64,000 bases of DNA from positions 42,470,001 through 42,534,000 of the forward strand of contig OX597821.1 of assembly GCA_951406725.2 (NCBI GenBank). The letters are read 5' to 3'. Source of the DNA: Octopus vulgaris. Its lineage: Eukaryota. Shown in pieces: positions 52,746 to 64,000 of this stretch. The notes below the pieces were generated by a model. The model ran no database searches and had not been told where the DNA came from. It was given only the letters and a program-made list of their open reading frames with translations. The position numbers and the translations under genes were made by a program. How positions within the stretch are numbered: the stretch's first letter is position 1; each line of letters begins with the position of its first letter.

Positions 52746-52819
52746 TGTATGTATGTATGTATGTATGTATGTATGTATGTATGTGTGTATGTATGTATGT
52801 ATGTATGTATGTATGTATG

Positions 52820-53030
52820 TGACCGCGTGTGTACCGTTGGCGATTTTTTTCCTCTGTCTTCCCTTCTCTGGATGTTTCTTTCTCCTATGTTTCCCACGAA
52901 GAGCTCCGCTCGAAACGTTAAACCCTCCTTCTTTCCTTCTTTTCTGAGCGTCCAATAATACTATATTTGTTCCACGTCCTCGCGTTGTTGTGTTTTCTCG
53001 TTTTGTTTTCATGTTTGGATTAACCTTATA
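52820..53030 (+). mobile_element. Penelope-like pseudo-LTR with decayed minimal hammerhead (52890-52922)
   Basis: TTT-CCCACGA-A-GAGC-TCC-GCTC-GAAA-CG-TT-AAA has intact stems, but the core differs from CUGACGA at two positions. Confidence 0.55.
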
Positions 53031-53044
53031 TATATATATAAATA

Positions 53045-53163
<119 letters not shown>

Positions 53164-55715
53164 CAAAACTGCATGCTGAGGACCCTTAGAGAAACGAGAC
53201 AAAGAACTCGATAGAACATGACGGCAGGCTAAATTATATGTGATAAATCGGACATAGCAGAGAACGCCTGTTCGAGGGAGTTTGTCTATTCAGCCAACCA
53301 CAGGCTGAAAACTTACGGTGTCGTCTGAGCCTACTTGAGATCCAAAATGTGTGTTTTAAGCAACGGCTAGTACAGACATGCTACACTTTACTTCTACTCA
53401 GATTTCTACACATTTACCTACATATATACACATACGTACATACACACACACACATTCGTATGAATACATACATACATACATACATACATACTATTAACTG
53501 GAGGTACTTTCCAAGACACGTTGATGTTAATATTAATCTTAATAAAGAATAGAGTGCACAGCATTTAATGAAATGGTTCTGTAGCCTACTCTCATCATCC
53601 GATTACAAGCGAAAAACAATGTACTTGATGAATAACCGAGATACAAAAGTCAAGTCCTATTGAAGAAAACAAAAGAACCTGAGACACCAGCAAAGATTTT
53701 TAGGGACACGGTATAAACAGTCATTCTTTTTATGGAAGAAGGCCAATGACCATTACGAAACCCTGTCATCTGTAAAGTCTATATCAAGATTAACGCCAAG
53801 TCGAAATGATCTCTTTTCGTTCTTAAATTTAGAATTTCAAGTATAAGTAATAAAGTTATTGTAAAAACTATGACACTTACAAGGTAGACAGATGTAAATT
53901 TGAGCGACAGCCAACTTCAAACGTTTTAAAATATGCCTCTAAGAATGTGTATGTGTGTGTGTGTGCAGTGAACAGCTTCCAAGAGCCTTAGCAAAGATTC
54001 AAAACCTAGATTAGATTTTTCTACTTGTTCCTTTCTATTGTCCTCGATTTTTGCACTCAGAAATTTATGAGAGTCAACTGTTAGCCTGTGACCATTTCGA
54101 GTCAGACATAGGTCAAAAGCAGATAAAAGACGAAAAACCCCTTGTTGAGCCTGACCTAAGTTAGGAAAAAATATAAATACAGGATTCAAACTTAATTCTG
54201 TCTCTTTCACCTCTTTCGTTTGGCGCCGGCTCAGAGGCGCACTTTTGTAATGACTTGTCACCGCGAGACCGCACAACTTTTACCTTCTCTACTTGTCAAC
54301 CCATAGAGGCAAATTCTTTTACTTTATCTCTCTCTTTCTTCCATCTGTTTTCTAGCAGTTACTCACAGATGAACTTAACAACCTACAGAATGGATAATAG
54401 AGCTGTAAATAATCTGTAAATAAGAAGTTGAATCTTAAATTATAGCGATAAACGATAAAATAAAGGCCATTTCAATTATCTTCCTCCTCTCATGTATTTG
54501 GTGCATATATTCGTTACATACTCACAAACATACACGCACACGCACGCACACACACACACACATGTATATATATATGTATAAGTGTTTATATGTATACATA
54601 TATATTGTTTGTTTATTTATGTTTTTGTTCATTTATTTCAGTTTGCTTGTATTTTCACATTTTTCGCCCTGTTTGTTTTCGTCTTTATTCCTCGTCCGTC
54701 CACCAATTGCCTCGTCTTGTATTACACTTATCTCATGTTCGCTTTCTGTATTGCATAGTTGCTTTTTTTTTTTTTGTTTGTTTGTTTGTTTGTTCATTTT
54801 CTGTCATGTTTGGTCCCTTGTTTGTTGAATCGCCATTTCCCGGTGGCACCAGAGGGAAACAATGTTATCGTTGAAGGTGCGAAATTGCGTTTGACCCTAT
54901 GGCCAATAACTAATGAGGATTTAGTGACCTTCTGCGTCTGTTTCCTGTTTGTTTGTGCAATTATTATATGTTTGTTTAAACTTATATGTATGCGTATGTG
55001 TGTGTATATGTATGCATATGTATATGTGTGCAGTTTTATTGTTACGTCCTGTTTGTGTAACATTTTTTTCGTGCTTGTTTTACCCCTCTGCGAGGTTATT
55101 TTATTTTAATTCTCTCGCAGGAAGGCCTAGTATTGACGAGTCGTGTCCAGTCTTGCCTTCGAAATACGCTTAAGTCTACTAGAGACAGCTGATGATTGGG
55201 GATTTTCCTTGTGTAGCTTGTCCTGTACCTTGTTTTTCTGTTGTAAATAATGTTTTTCCCGTTTTCGTTCTCGTCCTGTTCCACGTCTCTGTCTTCCTGT
55301 TGTAAAAAAATGGCTTTTCCGTTTTCGTTTCTGTTGAGTTCTACGTCTTTTTGTGGTGTCCTGTACTTACGGTTTGGCCAGATAACCGAAGAGATGGTGT
55401 TGTGGATTTCCACCTCGGCATCCAAAACTCAGAGTTTTATCTTGGCTATTGAATAACTGTCACATATTATTTTACAGATAAATTTCCTCTATTTACATAA
55501 TATTGAGGTCTCTTTCTTTTGTTATCTTACCGTTTTTACCAATATATATATAATAGGCGCAGGGGTGGCTGTGTGTTAAGTAGCTTGCTTACGAACGACA
55601 AGATTCCGGGTTCATTCCTACTGCGTGGCACCTTGGGCAAGTATCTTCTACTATAGCCTCGGGCCAACCAAAGCCTTGTGAGTGGATTTGGTAGACGGAA
55701 ACGGAAAGAAGACCG

Positions 55716-55816
<101 letters not shown>

Positions 55817-55847
55817 TGTATGTATGTATGTATGTATGTATGTAGAA

Positions 55848-56328
55848 AAATACGAAGTAGAAAAAGAGCCAGCAACTGATGGCGGGTCGTTTCTTCGTGT
55901 TGCTTGTCTTGTTTTTCGTTTGTTTCTTTCGTTGTCCGCAAAAAAAAGTTCGTATTCCATGTCTTCGTATTTCGTATTTCATGTTCTTTTCGTATTTTAT
56001 GTTTATTTTATGTTGTTTACGTTCCGTGGTGTCCTGTGCCCATATATGCGTGTATATACAGATATATGTATGTACATATATATATGTGTATGCATATATA
56101 TTTATATATCATTTATATATATATATACTGTTTTACTCTTTTTGACTGCGGCCATACCTGAGCATTGCCTCGGTTTCTTTTACTGAACCGCTAAGTGTGT
56201 CTGTATTTGTACCCACACCATCGGTTGACAACCGATAATCGTGTGTTTACGTCCCCCGTAACTTAGCGGTTCAGTAAAAGAAACCGAAGCAATGCTCAGG
56301 TATGGCCGCAGTCAAAAAGAGTAAAACA

Positions 56329-56374
<46 letters not shown>

Positions 56375-56634
56375 GATATATAAATATATATGCATACACA
56401 TATATATGTACATACATATATCTGTATATACACGCATATATGGGCACAGGACACCACGGAACGTAAACAACATAAAATAAACATAAAATACGAAAAGAAC
56501 ATGAAATACGAAATACGAAGACATGGAATACGAACTTTTTTTGCGGACAACGAAAGAAACAAACGAAAAACAAGACAAGCAACACGAAGAAACGACCCGC
56601 CATCAGTTGCTGGTTCTTTTTCTACTTCGTATTT
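55848..56634. repeat. Large inverted repeat (arms 55848-56196 and 56261-56634, 64-bp spacer)
   Basis: Near-identical reverse-complement arms, shown by the mirrored ORFs 55879+ and 56603-. A third, direct copy lies at about 57210-57436 (839-bp offset). Confidence 0.95.
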
Positions 56635-57948
56635 CGATCATTTCACAAGATACATTTTCGACAAAACAGTTGCTCCCGCAAAGCAAATTAAATAAATTTG
56701 GGATTTTACGGAGGTAACAAAAGTTGGAAACAAAAACAAGACAGTGAAAACAGACAGGAAGGGCTGCTAAGCCTAGACGAGTTGAGTTGGTGAACGTGAA
56801 GAAACAAGCTCTGACAGGAGACAGACAAGAATGCATCCAACCCCGTGGATGATCAGAGAGAAAGAAGGAAATTCAAGCTAGTGAAAGAAAGATGGTCGAC
56901 GGACACATGCGAGCAAGGAGAGAGCAAAGGTGGAAGAGTGAGGGAGAGAGAGGGGGACAGACAGAGAACGGCGGAAAAGAAAGGATGAGAGAGGAAAACG
57001 AAAGGGAGAGAGGAGGAGATAAAGAGAATACAGAAAGTAAGAGAAAGGAAACGAAAGAGGGGAGGAAAAAACAGAAAGAGATAGGAAGAGAGAGGAAACG
57101 AAAGAGGGGAAGAAAAGAGAGAGAAAGGGATAGGAAGTGTCGCATCAATATTAAGATAAAACTTACTTGGAAATGGATGCGTGGCGTTCAATCATATAAT
57201 AATATAAATAATATATAAATATATATGCATACATACGCATACATATGTACACACATATATTTGTATATATATGCATATATGGGCACAGGATACCACAGAA
57301 CGTAAACAACATAAATTTACATGAAATACGAAAACAACATGAAATACAAAATACGAAGACATGGAATACGAACTTTTTTTGCGAACAACGAAAGAAACAA
57401 ACGGAAAACAAGACAAGCAACACGAAAAAACGACCGTTCTCGTTATCTCCTCTTCTCTCCCTTTTCTCTCATCCTTTCCAGTATATTTCTTGGCTACTTT
57501 TAGTGTAAAGAACAATATTAAAATCAGGATAAGGAAGAATTTGAACATGCAAACTTTTTGTTTATTTCCAGTTACACTAAAAGTCTGACGTTTTTCGATT
57601 GCACCATTCGCATATTGTTACAATAATGCATAAATCGTTGCATACGAATATGAAACAATATGCGATTGGTGCGATCGAAACATGTATCGGACTTTTACTG
57701 TAATTGGAAAAAAGCAAGAAGTTTGAATGTTCAAATTCCTCATTCTCCTCATTCTCCTCATTGTAATGTATGTATGTATGTATGTATGTATGTATGTATG
57801 TATGTATGTATGTATGTATGTATGTATGTATGTATGTGTATATGTGTGTGCGTATGTGTGTGTGTGCGTATGTGTGTGTGAGTGCGTGTGTGTGTGTGTT
57901 CGTGTGTGTGTGTGTAAATGTAATATGTGACAATTATTCGGTAGCCAT

Positions 57949-58009
57949 GATAAAACTCCGAGTTTCGAATGGCGGGGCATGAACCCACGCCGCCATCTCT
58001 TCAGTTATC
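57949..58009 (-). ncRNA. Type I hammerhead ribozyme in the 3' pseudo-LTR
   Basis: GAUAA-CUGAAGA-GAUGGCGG..CCGCCAUUC-GAAA-CUC-G-GAG-UU-UUAUC gives a 5-bp stem I, full core, long stem II, pseudo-palindromic stem III and a GUU triplet. Confidence 0.8.
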
Positions 58010-58431
58010 CCGCTATCGAAGCCATTTATGACTGGATAATTTGGTCGTTTTCTTTTATCCCAGTACCTGAAGTTCAAGGTGTGATTATTGAACCTGGCCT
58101 TGAAATTACCGTCTGTAAGGCCCACGTATTTCTTCGTCGAAACCGTGTCCTTAGTGGATATAGAGTCCATGGTGGCTTCATAAATGATGGTCTCGGACAT
58201 ACAAGCTCTATTTAGCGGGCACAAATTTTTATCCCTGCATGAACAGCTGGTTTCATATTGTGGTTTTTGTGTGTTGTGTGCGATTACATTTTTAAAATTG
58301 GGAGTTGAGCTGAAACTGATTTTTAAGTTATGTCTATTGAAGCGTTTTCTGTAACTATGGTTGACTGGAAAATGCATATCTATCAGTGCTAAGAAATACT
58401 TGCCCATATTAAAGGTCACTTTCGATGGCTG

Positions 58432-58492
58432 GATAACTGAAGAGATAGCGGCGTCGGTTTCCGCCACGACATCCGAAACTCGGAGTTTTATC
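58432..58492 (+). ncRNA. Type I hammerhead ribozyme in the inverted pseudo-LTR
   Basis: GAUAA-CUGAAGA-GAU...AUCC-GAAA-CUCGGAG-UU-UUAUC. Core and stems I and III are identical to the 57949 copy, with differences confined to stem/loop II. Confidence 0.75.
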
Positions 58493-58591
58493 ATGGCAAC
58501 CGAATAATTGTCACATATATTTACAGATAAATTCCTCTATTTACATAATATCGAGGTCTCTTTCATTCTATTGTTGTCTTACCATTTCTAT

Positions 58592-58695
<104 letters not shown>

Positions 58696-58773
58696 TTGGA
58701 AATGGATGCGTGGCGTTCAGGTAAATAATAAATAGTAAATAATATATAGATATACTATATATTATTTACTATT

Positions 58774-58806
<33 letters not shown>

Positions 58807-58817
<11 letters not shown>

Positions 58818-59435
58818 AAAAAATGAAGTTCGAAAATGCTGCTATATTATACAATTTTTAATTTTTATATATACACATTATAACATGTTTCAGTTCCTGA
58901 AATGAACCTTATCAAAAAAAGTTATATATAAAAAAAGACAGCTCATGCCGTCAAACACAAGAAATTCATTTATAATACACAACGGAGTCAGACATCTTAG
59001 AGTTCATGTATAGTTGATATATAGTTTGAAGTAAGTTCATTCATGCTATATGTTCAAAGTGTTCGATGCAGTGGCCCACGGTGGCGATGCGTATTCAATA
59101 CAAAAAACAGATCAAAGTGGTGGCACTTTGATCTGTTTTTTGTATTGAATACGTATCGCCACCGTGGGCCACTGCATTGAACACTTTGAACATATAGCAT
59201 GAATGAACTTACTTCAAACTATATATCAACTATACATGAACTCTAAGATGTCTGACTCCGTTGTGTATTATAAATGAATTTCTTGTGTTTGACGGCATGA
59301 GCTGTCTTTTTTATATATAACTTTTTTTGATAAGGTTCATTTCAGGAACTGAAACATGTTATAATGTGTATATATAAAAATTAAAAATTGTATAATATAG
59401 CAGCATTTTCGAACTTCATTTTTTACAAATATATA
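58807..59435. repeat. Near-perfect 629-bp palindrome with a 4-nt loop (GTGG, 59120-59123)
   Basis: Arms of about 312 bp differ by two substitutions and one homopolymer indel by eye. Confidence 0.97.
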
Positions 59436-59459
59436 CCTACTCGTATACGAGCTAATCCT

Positions 59460-59538
<79 letters not shown>

Positions 59539-59789
59539 CCGATCTTGTAGCGATCCGCAGGCGTCTCCTCAGGTGATTACAAGATGTATCTCATTAAAAT
59601 AACGTCTGTTCTGCAAGATTTCTTCTTGGTATGTGTATGCAAAAGCAGCAAATTAAGGGACACATCTTCATTATTATGGAAGATTAATAACAAATATCAG
59701 ATGCAAAAAGAAACAAATACGCTATATAGCGAAAAATGACAGTTGTATTCTCGGAATACCTGCATAGTAGTTCTTCTCCAACTCCGTCC

Positions 59790-59901
<112 letters not shown>

Positions 59902-60680
59902 GTGTGTATGTGAGTGTGTGTGTCTGTGACTTGCAAATAATGAGCAAAAGTTAAAAATCTCAACATAAGATAGAAATCTAAGGTGTCAAAGAATCTGAAA
60001 AAGAATTTTCTGTGCAGTTGCTGAATTTGCGCCGATTTACGATTCTGTCATCTGGATACTAACATAAGACATGAAACAATGTACATGTACACTCATGCTT
60101 CATGCAGTTTTGAATATATCCGCGCAGGAACGCCCAAGCAAAGAAAGATTAGCTTATTTTTACAGCATGCAAGTCGACATAGTACAAAATGTAAACATAT
60201 AGTTTACATCGTCACTATTTTTCCAAATCCTGTTACATTTTAGTACTTTTGGTCCTCCGAAGTTGCCTAAAACGACCAACCATTTATGGGTGCAAGTTTT
60301 GGTCTAAATTATTCAATTTGTGTGCCGAGAACTACGGTATATAATAAGCTTCCTAAAGTATCAGATATCATTAATAAAAGAAGAGATCGTGTTGTTCAAC
60401 ATTGTAGGAGAAATAAAACGGAAGCTGGTTGGTGAAACACCATTTTGTCGACCTCGATATAGTCGTTCTGTTTATAACAATTTAACATCTGCATCCTTAA
60501 AATTAGCATTTTGGAAAATAAATCTAGTAAAAGTAATGAATAACGATAAGGCTGTTTTTTTTCCAGCTTAAGGACAAATAAAATATCATCTTAAATTTTG
60601 TTGTGATCCTTAAATCTAACCTCTACCCTGCGGTAGTTAAGGATTGCGGCTCTATAATATAGTCACTTTATCATACTCAG

Positions 60681-60785
<105 letters not shown>

Positions 60786-61290
60786 TCTCTTCCTCTCTTT
60801 TAAAGCATTTAAAACTGATACAGTTGTTAGTGTATGAAATCTCCAACTTTGTTATATCAGTTTATAAATTCTCTTTTGGCCAAAACTGGGCAGTCAGAAA
60901 CAACGGGCCCATTAAATTTTGGCAGAATTCTTGTAAGAACAAAAGAAGACAATTAGAGGATGAAATGTGTCAAACTTGTGGTGAAGTGACATGTCAATGA
61001 CATGTAAATGACATGCAAATGACATGTAAATGATATGTAAATGAATCTTTCTAGCCAGCGTTCCGTTGTTGAAATGGCTCGATTTTTATCTACATATCGA
61101 TTTCTTTCTTCATCGTTGACATAACGGAAAGTTCATGTTGTTGTTGTTGATGTTGTTGTAGTCGTCGTCGTCGTCTTGATGTACAATGGCTGCTGTCGTT
61201 GTTATTTGTCATCGTTCTTGAAAGACAATTTTCTTGAAGACGGTGAACCGACTCACTTCTAATCAAATATAAAACACCAACTGACTACCC

Positions 61291-61304
61291 GTTGCCATGA
61301 CAAC
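61291..61304. promoter_or_regulatory. Candidate RFX X-box
   Basis: GTTGCCATGACAAC is one mismatch from the palindromic GTTGCCATGGCAAC, with a CRE-like TGACGTAA at 61331. Confidence 0.35.
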
Positions 61305-61707
61305 AGTTATTGATTGAACGAACGACCGTCTGACGTAACATCTGGTACGACTTTTACGTGGTCGCTGCACCAACTAGAAATAGCAGCCAAATTTGTTTTA
61401 CGTTGCTGCTAAACTTCTTAAATAAGAAAAGAAGACAATGGATTATGTAGGCGCGGTCCTAAAGACAGAATGGTCACGATGCTTTAAATGAAGATAAATA
61501 ACAACCTGTCATTTCTCTCTCTCTCTCTTTCTCCCCACTCTCTCTCTCTCCCACACATATACACACATAAAGTCACATACACACAGACACAGTCACATTC
61601 ACACTCATAAACGTACTCACAGATACGCACATTGACGCGCTGACACAAACTCACACATACACTCATACGCATTCACTCACACTCATTCACTTACACTTTT
61701 ATCCTCA

Positions 61708-61778
<71 letters not shown>

Positions 61779-62076
61779 TTTGCTGGCCCTGAGATTAGGT
61801 GCGGAAATGAAACTGAACATCGATGTCTTAAATGTAAGCTTTTAAGTTCTGCTCAAGCAGGGATGATAGTGACTTAAATAAACCAAGTAATTTCAAACTG
61901 GAATTTGAAACCAAATAATTAATGTCTTACTTGAAGGTCTTATATATGTATGACGGATCTAAACAATTAAATATATTTTATGATAAATTTTTATATACTT
62001 TTCCGATCGGTCCTCAATGCACTGCTGACTTTCCAATGATCCCAGGCCAAACATATAAACTATGATTCTATGAGAA

Positions 62077-62255
62077 TACTAGCGTAGCTAGGCGGGGGCG
62101 TAGGGGCGGTGCGCCCCAGGCGGCACTTTTAAAGGATCACTACTTTTGGGTCTGTTGTAGGCAGTATGTGTTTTTTTTTTGTTTTTTTTTGTGGGGTCCG
62201 GGAGCGGTAAACGAAAGGGCTGCCCCGGGCGGCTCACACTCTAGTTACGCTAGTG
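62077..62255. mobile_element. hAT-like MITE
   Basis: TIRs tACTAGCGTAGCTAG / CTAGTTACGCTAGTg and 8-bp TSD tatgagaa/tatgagag. Confidence 0.8.
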
Positions 62256-64000
62256 TATGAGAGATAAGCTCTGGGAAAGGGCAAAACTTCCAAATTAGTC
62301 TTTCAGTACCTGACCTGTGTGTCTTCCTCCATTATCACTGCTGAGCAAAAACCGGCCGCCTACAGTTGCAGAGGTTCGATAATTGATCTGAAATAACGGA
62401 TATTAAAACAAAATTCCGTGCAAAATTGCCCAATGAGAGATCACATCAGAATGCCCTTCTTACGAACCAGCTTACAACTATAGCAAAATCCAGTGCATTG
62501 AGAAAGCCACTGAATCTGCCTCGCATGGTGTAATTGCTATTATTTATCCGAAGAAATCACCAATCTACAGGCATTTGTCAATAGCTCGGCCAAGGACTTT
62601 CAGCAGAAAAAATACGAAGACTGAAATACTGCAACTGGAGAAATGACACATCGAAGTAATTCATTTTGATAAAACAATATTATCATCTTGAAGTTTCTGA
62701 TCTGCCATAGGATCCACCACAGTCATTCGACCTGATATGAATAGCAGCACATACTAGATAATGTAGTCCTAGATATTCTATCCCTGAAAAAAAAAGTGGT
62801 GAGAGGAATGCAACTTGAACTACTTTCTTCATAAATTCGATAAATTAGGATTTTCAAAGAAACAATTTCGGATTTAAAATTGTTGTTTTTATTGTCTTTC
62901 ATTTTTTTAACGGATTGGTTAGCGTGTCTCTGGCTCTGGTATAATTACAAGTTCTTGGTTCCAATGAGTTGTGTGTAAACAGAAATACAAGAAAACGAGT
63001 TGCAATTAACTGCAACGCTTTATTCAACCGCTGAATGAATTTGTACAGTAACTGGTTGGTTGCATTATGATCATAACTGAAGAAAATATACATATTTGCT
63101 CCTCAAATCAGTTGAAACTTGATGTATGCTTGGAAGACGGGAACAGAAATACGTGACATCACTTCTTGCAGTCTCTCATTCTCTCTCCTTGTAAGTGCAT
63201 GGTAACAGGAACCCAAGTAGCGCGTCAAAGCTACCTGTAAAACAACTCACCTCTCTCTCTCCGAAGATACCGATTTCACTGGTGAAAATGGGGAAGATTC
63301 TCTTATTTATAGCTGCTTTAAGGCTCCAGAGAGCAAAACTATTTTGCCGCGCTTAGTTGGTTTGTGACGTGATTCGATTGAACAACTAACATATCCAATC
63401 TCAATAGCGGACTCGGTCATTGTATTACATCATCACATGACCAATTGTAAAAAATCTGCGCATTAGCCATTTTCTGAATATTTAAACCTAGGTAGGCGAT
63501 CTATGAACATACATTTGCTACGCATTTATATACCGCTCTCCTATCCACCCCTGTCTCTCACGACGTCATAACATTAAAACTTTCCAGTAACACATCTAAA
63601 ATATGTCTATTTTGAAACTCAATCCAAACTCCCAAATGTTTAATTGCTGTTACATGGCAGCAGACGTAATATTATTTATTATGAACACGATAATGATGAC
63701 GGTGGTGTTTGTATTAGTGGTGGTGGCGGCAGCGGTAGTAACAGTGGTTGTAATTGTAATGGATTTAATATTAATGGAAATAGTGGGCTTAGTAATAGTA
63801 GCAATGGTATTTAATGTATTTGGTGATGTTGAGAGCAGTGGTGGGCAGTAGCGGTGGTGGTGGTGGTGATGGCGGCAGCGGTGGTAGTAGTAATGATGGT
63901 GTATCGTTTTCTTTTCTTTTTATTGCTCTAGTCTCAAGATGCAATACCCATGGACTTCACAAGGCTTTCCAAGACCAGTGAGATCGTCCTTAACCAGTGA

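Overview
This is an AT-rich, microsatellite- and transposon-dense eukaryotic window. The repeat families and (TA)n/(CA)n load suggest an octopus or other coleoid cephalopod, which is an inference. The one host gene I can support is the 3' five coding exons of an OXNAD1-like NAD-binding oxidoreductase (+ strand, 4917-13693), with consistent GT-AG sites and phases. The rest is mostly decayed mobile DNA: RTE, CR1 and Hero-like LINEs, tRNA-derived SINEs, a Ty3/Gypsy pol relic, mariner pieces, hAT- and piggyBac-type MITEs, and Helitrons. The most striking feature is a recurrent architecture of Penelope-like fold-back elements, made of perfect or near-perfect inverted repeats of 53-370 bp that carry minimal type I hammerhead ribozyme motifs. 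Three motifs have intact catalytic cores (7369-7459 -, 57949-58009 -, 58432-58492 +), one is split by a SINE inserted in stem III, and several are decayed. One element retains a Naiad-type CxCx5Cx5C linker plus GIY-YIG endonuclease ORF. A higher-order tandem array (about 60 bp, then about 340 bp, then a 679 bp dimer) is growing out of an RTE 3' UTR at 33.2-36.0 kb. No CRISPR array, rRNA or bona fide tRNA gene was found. All calls are by eye, with no database search.
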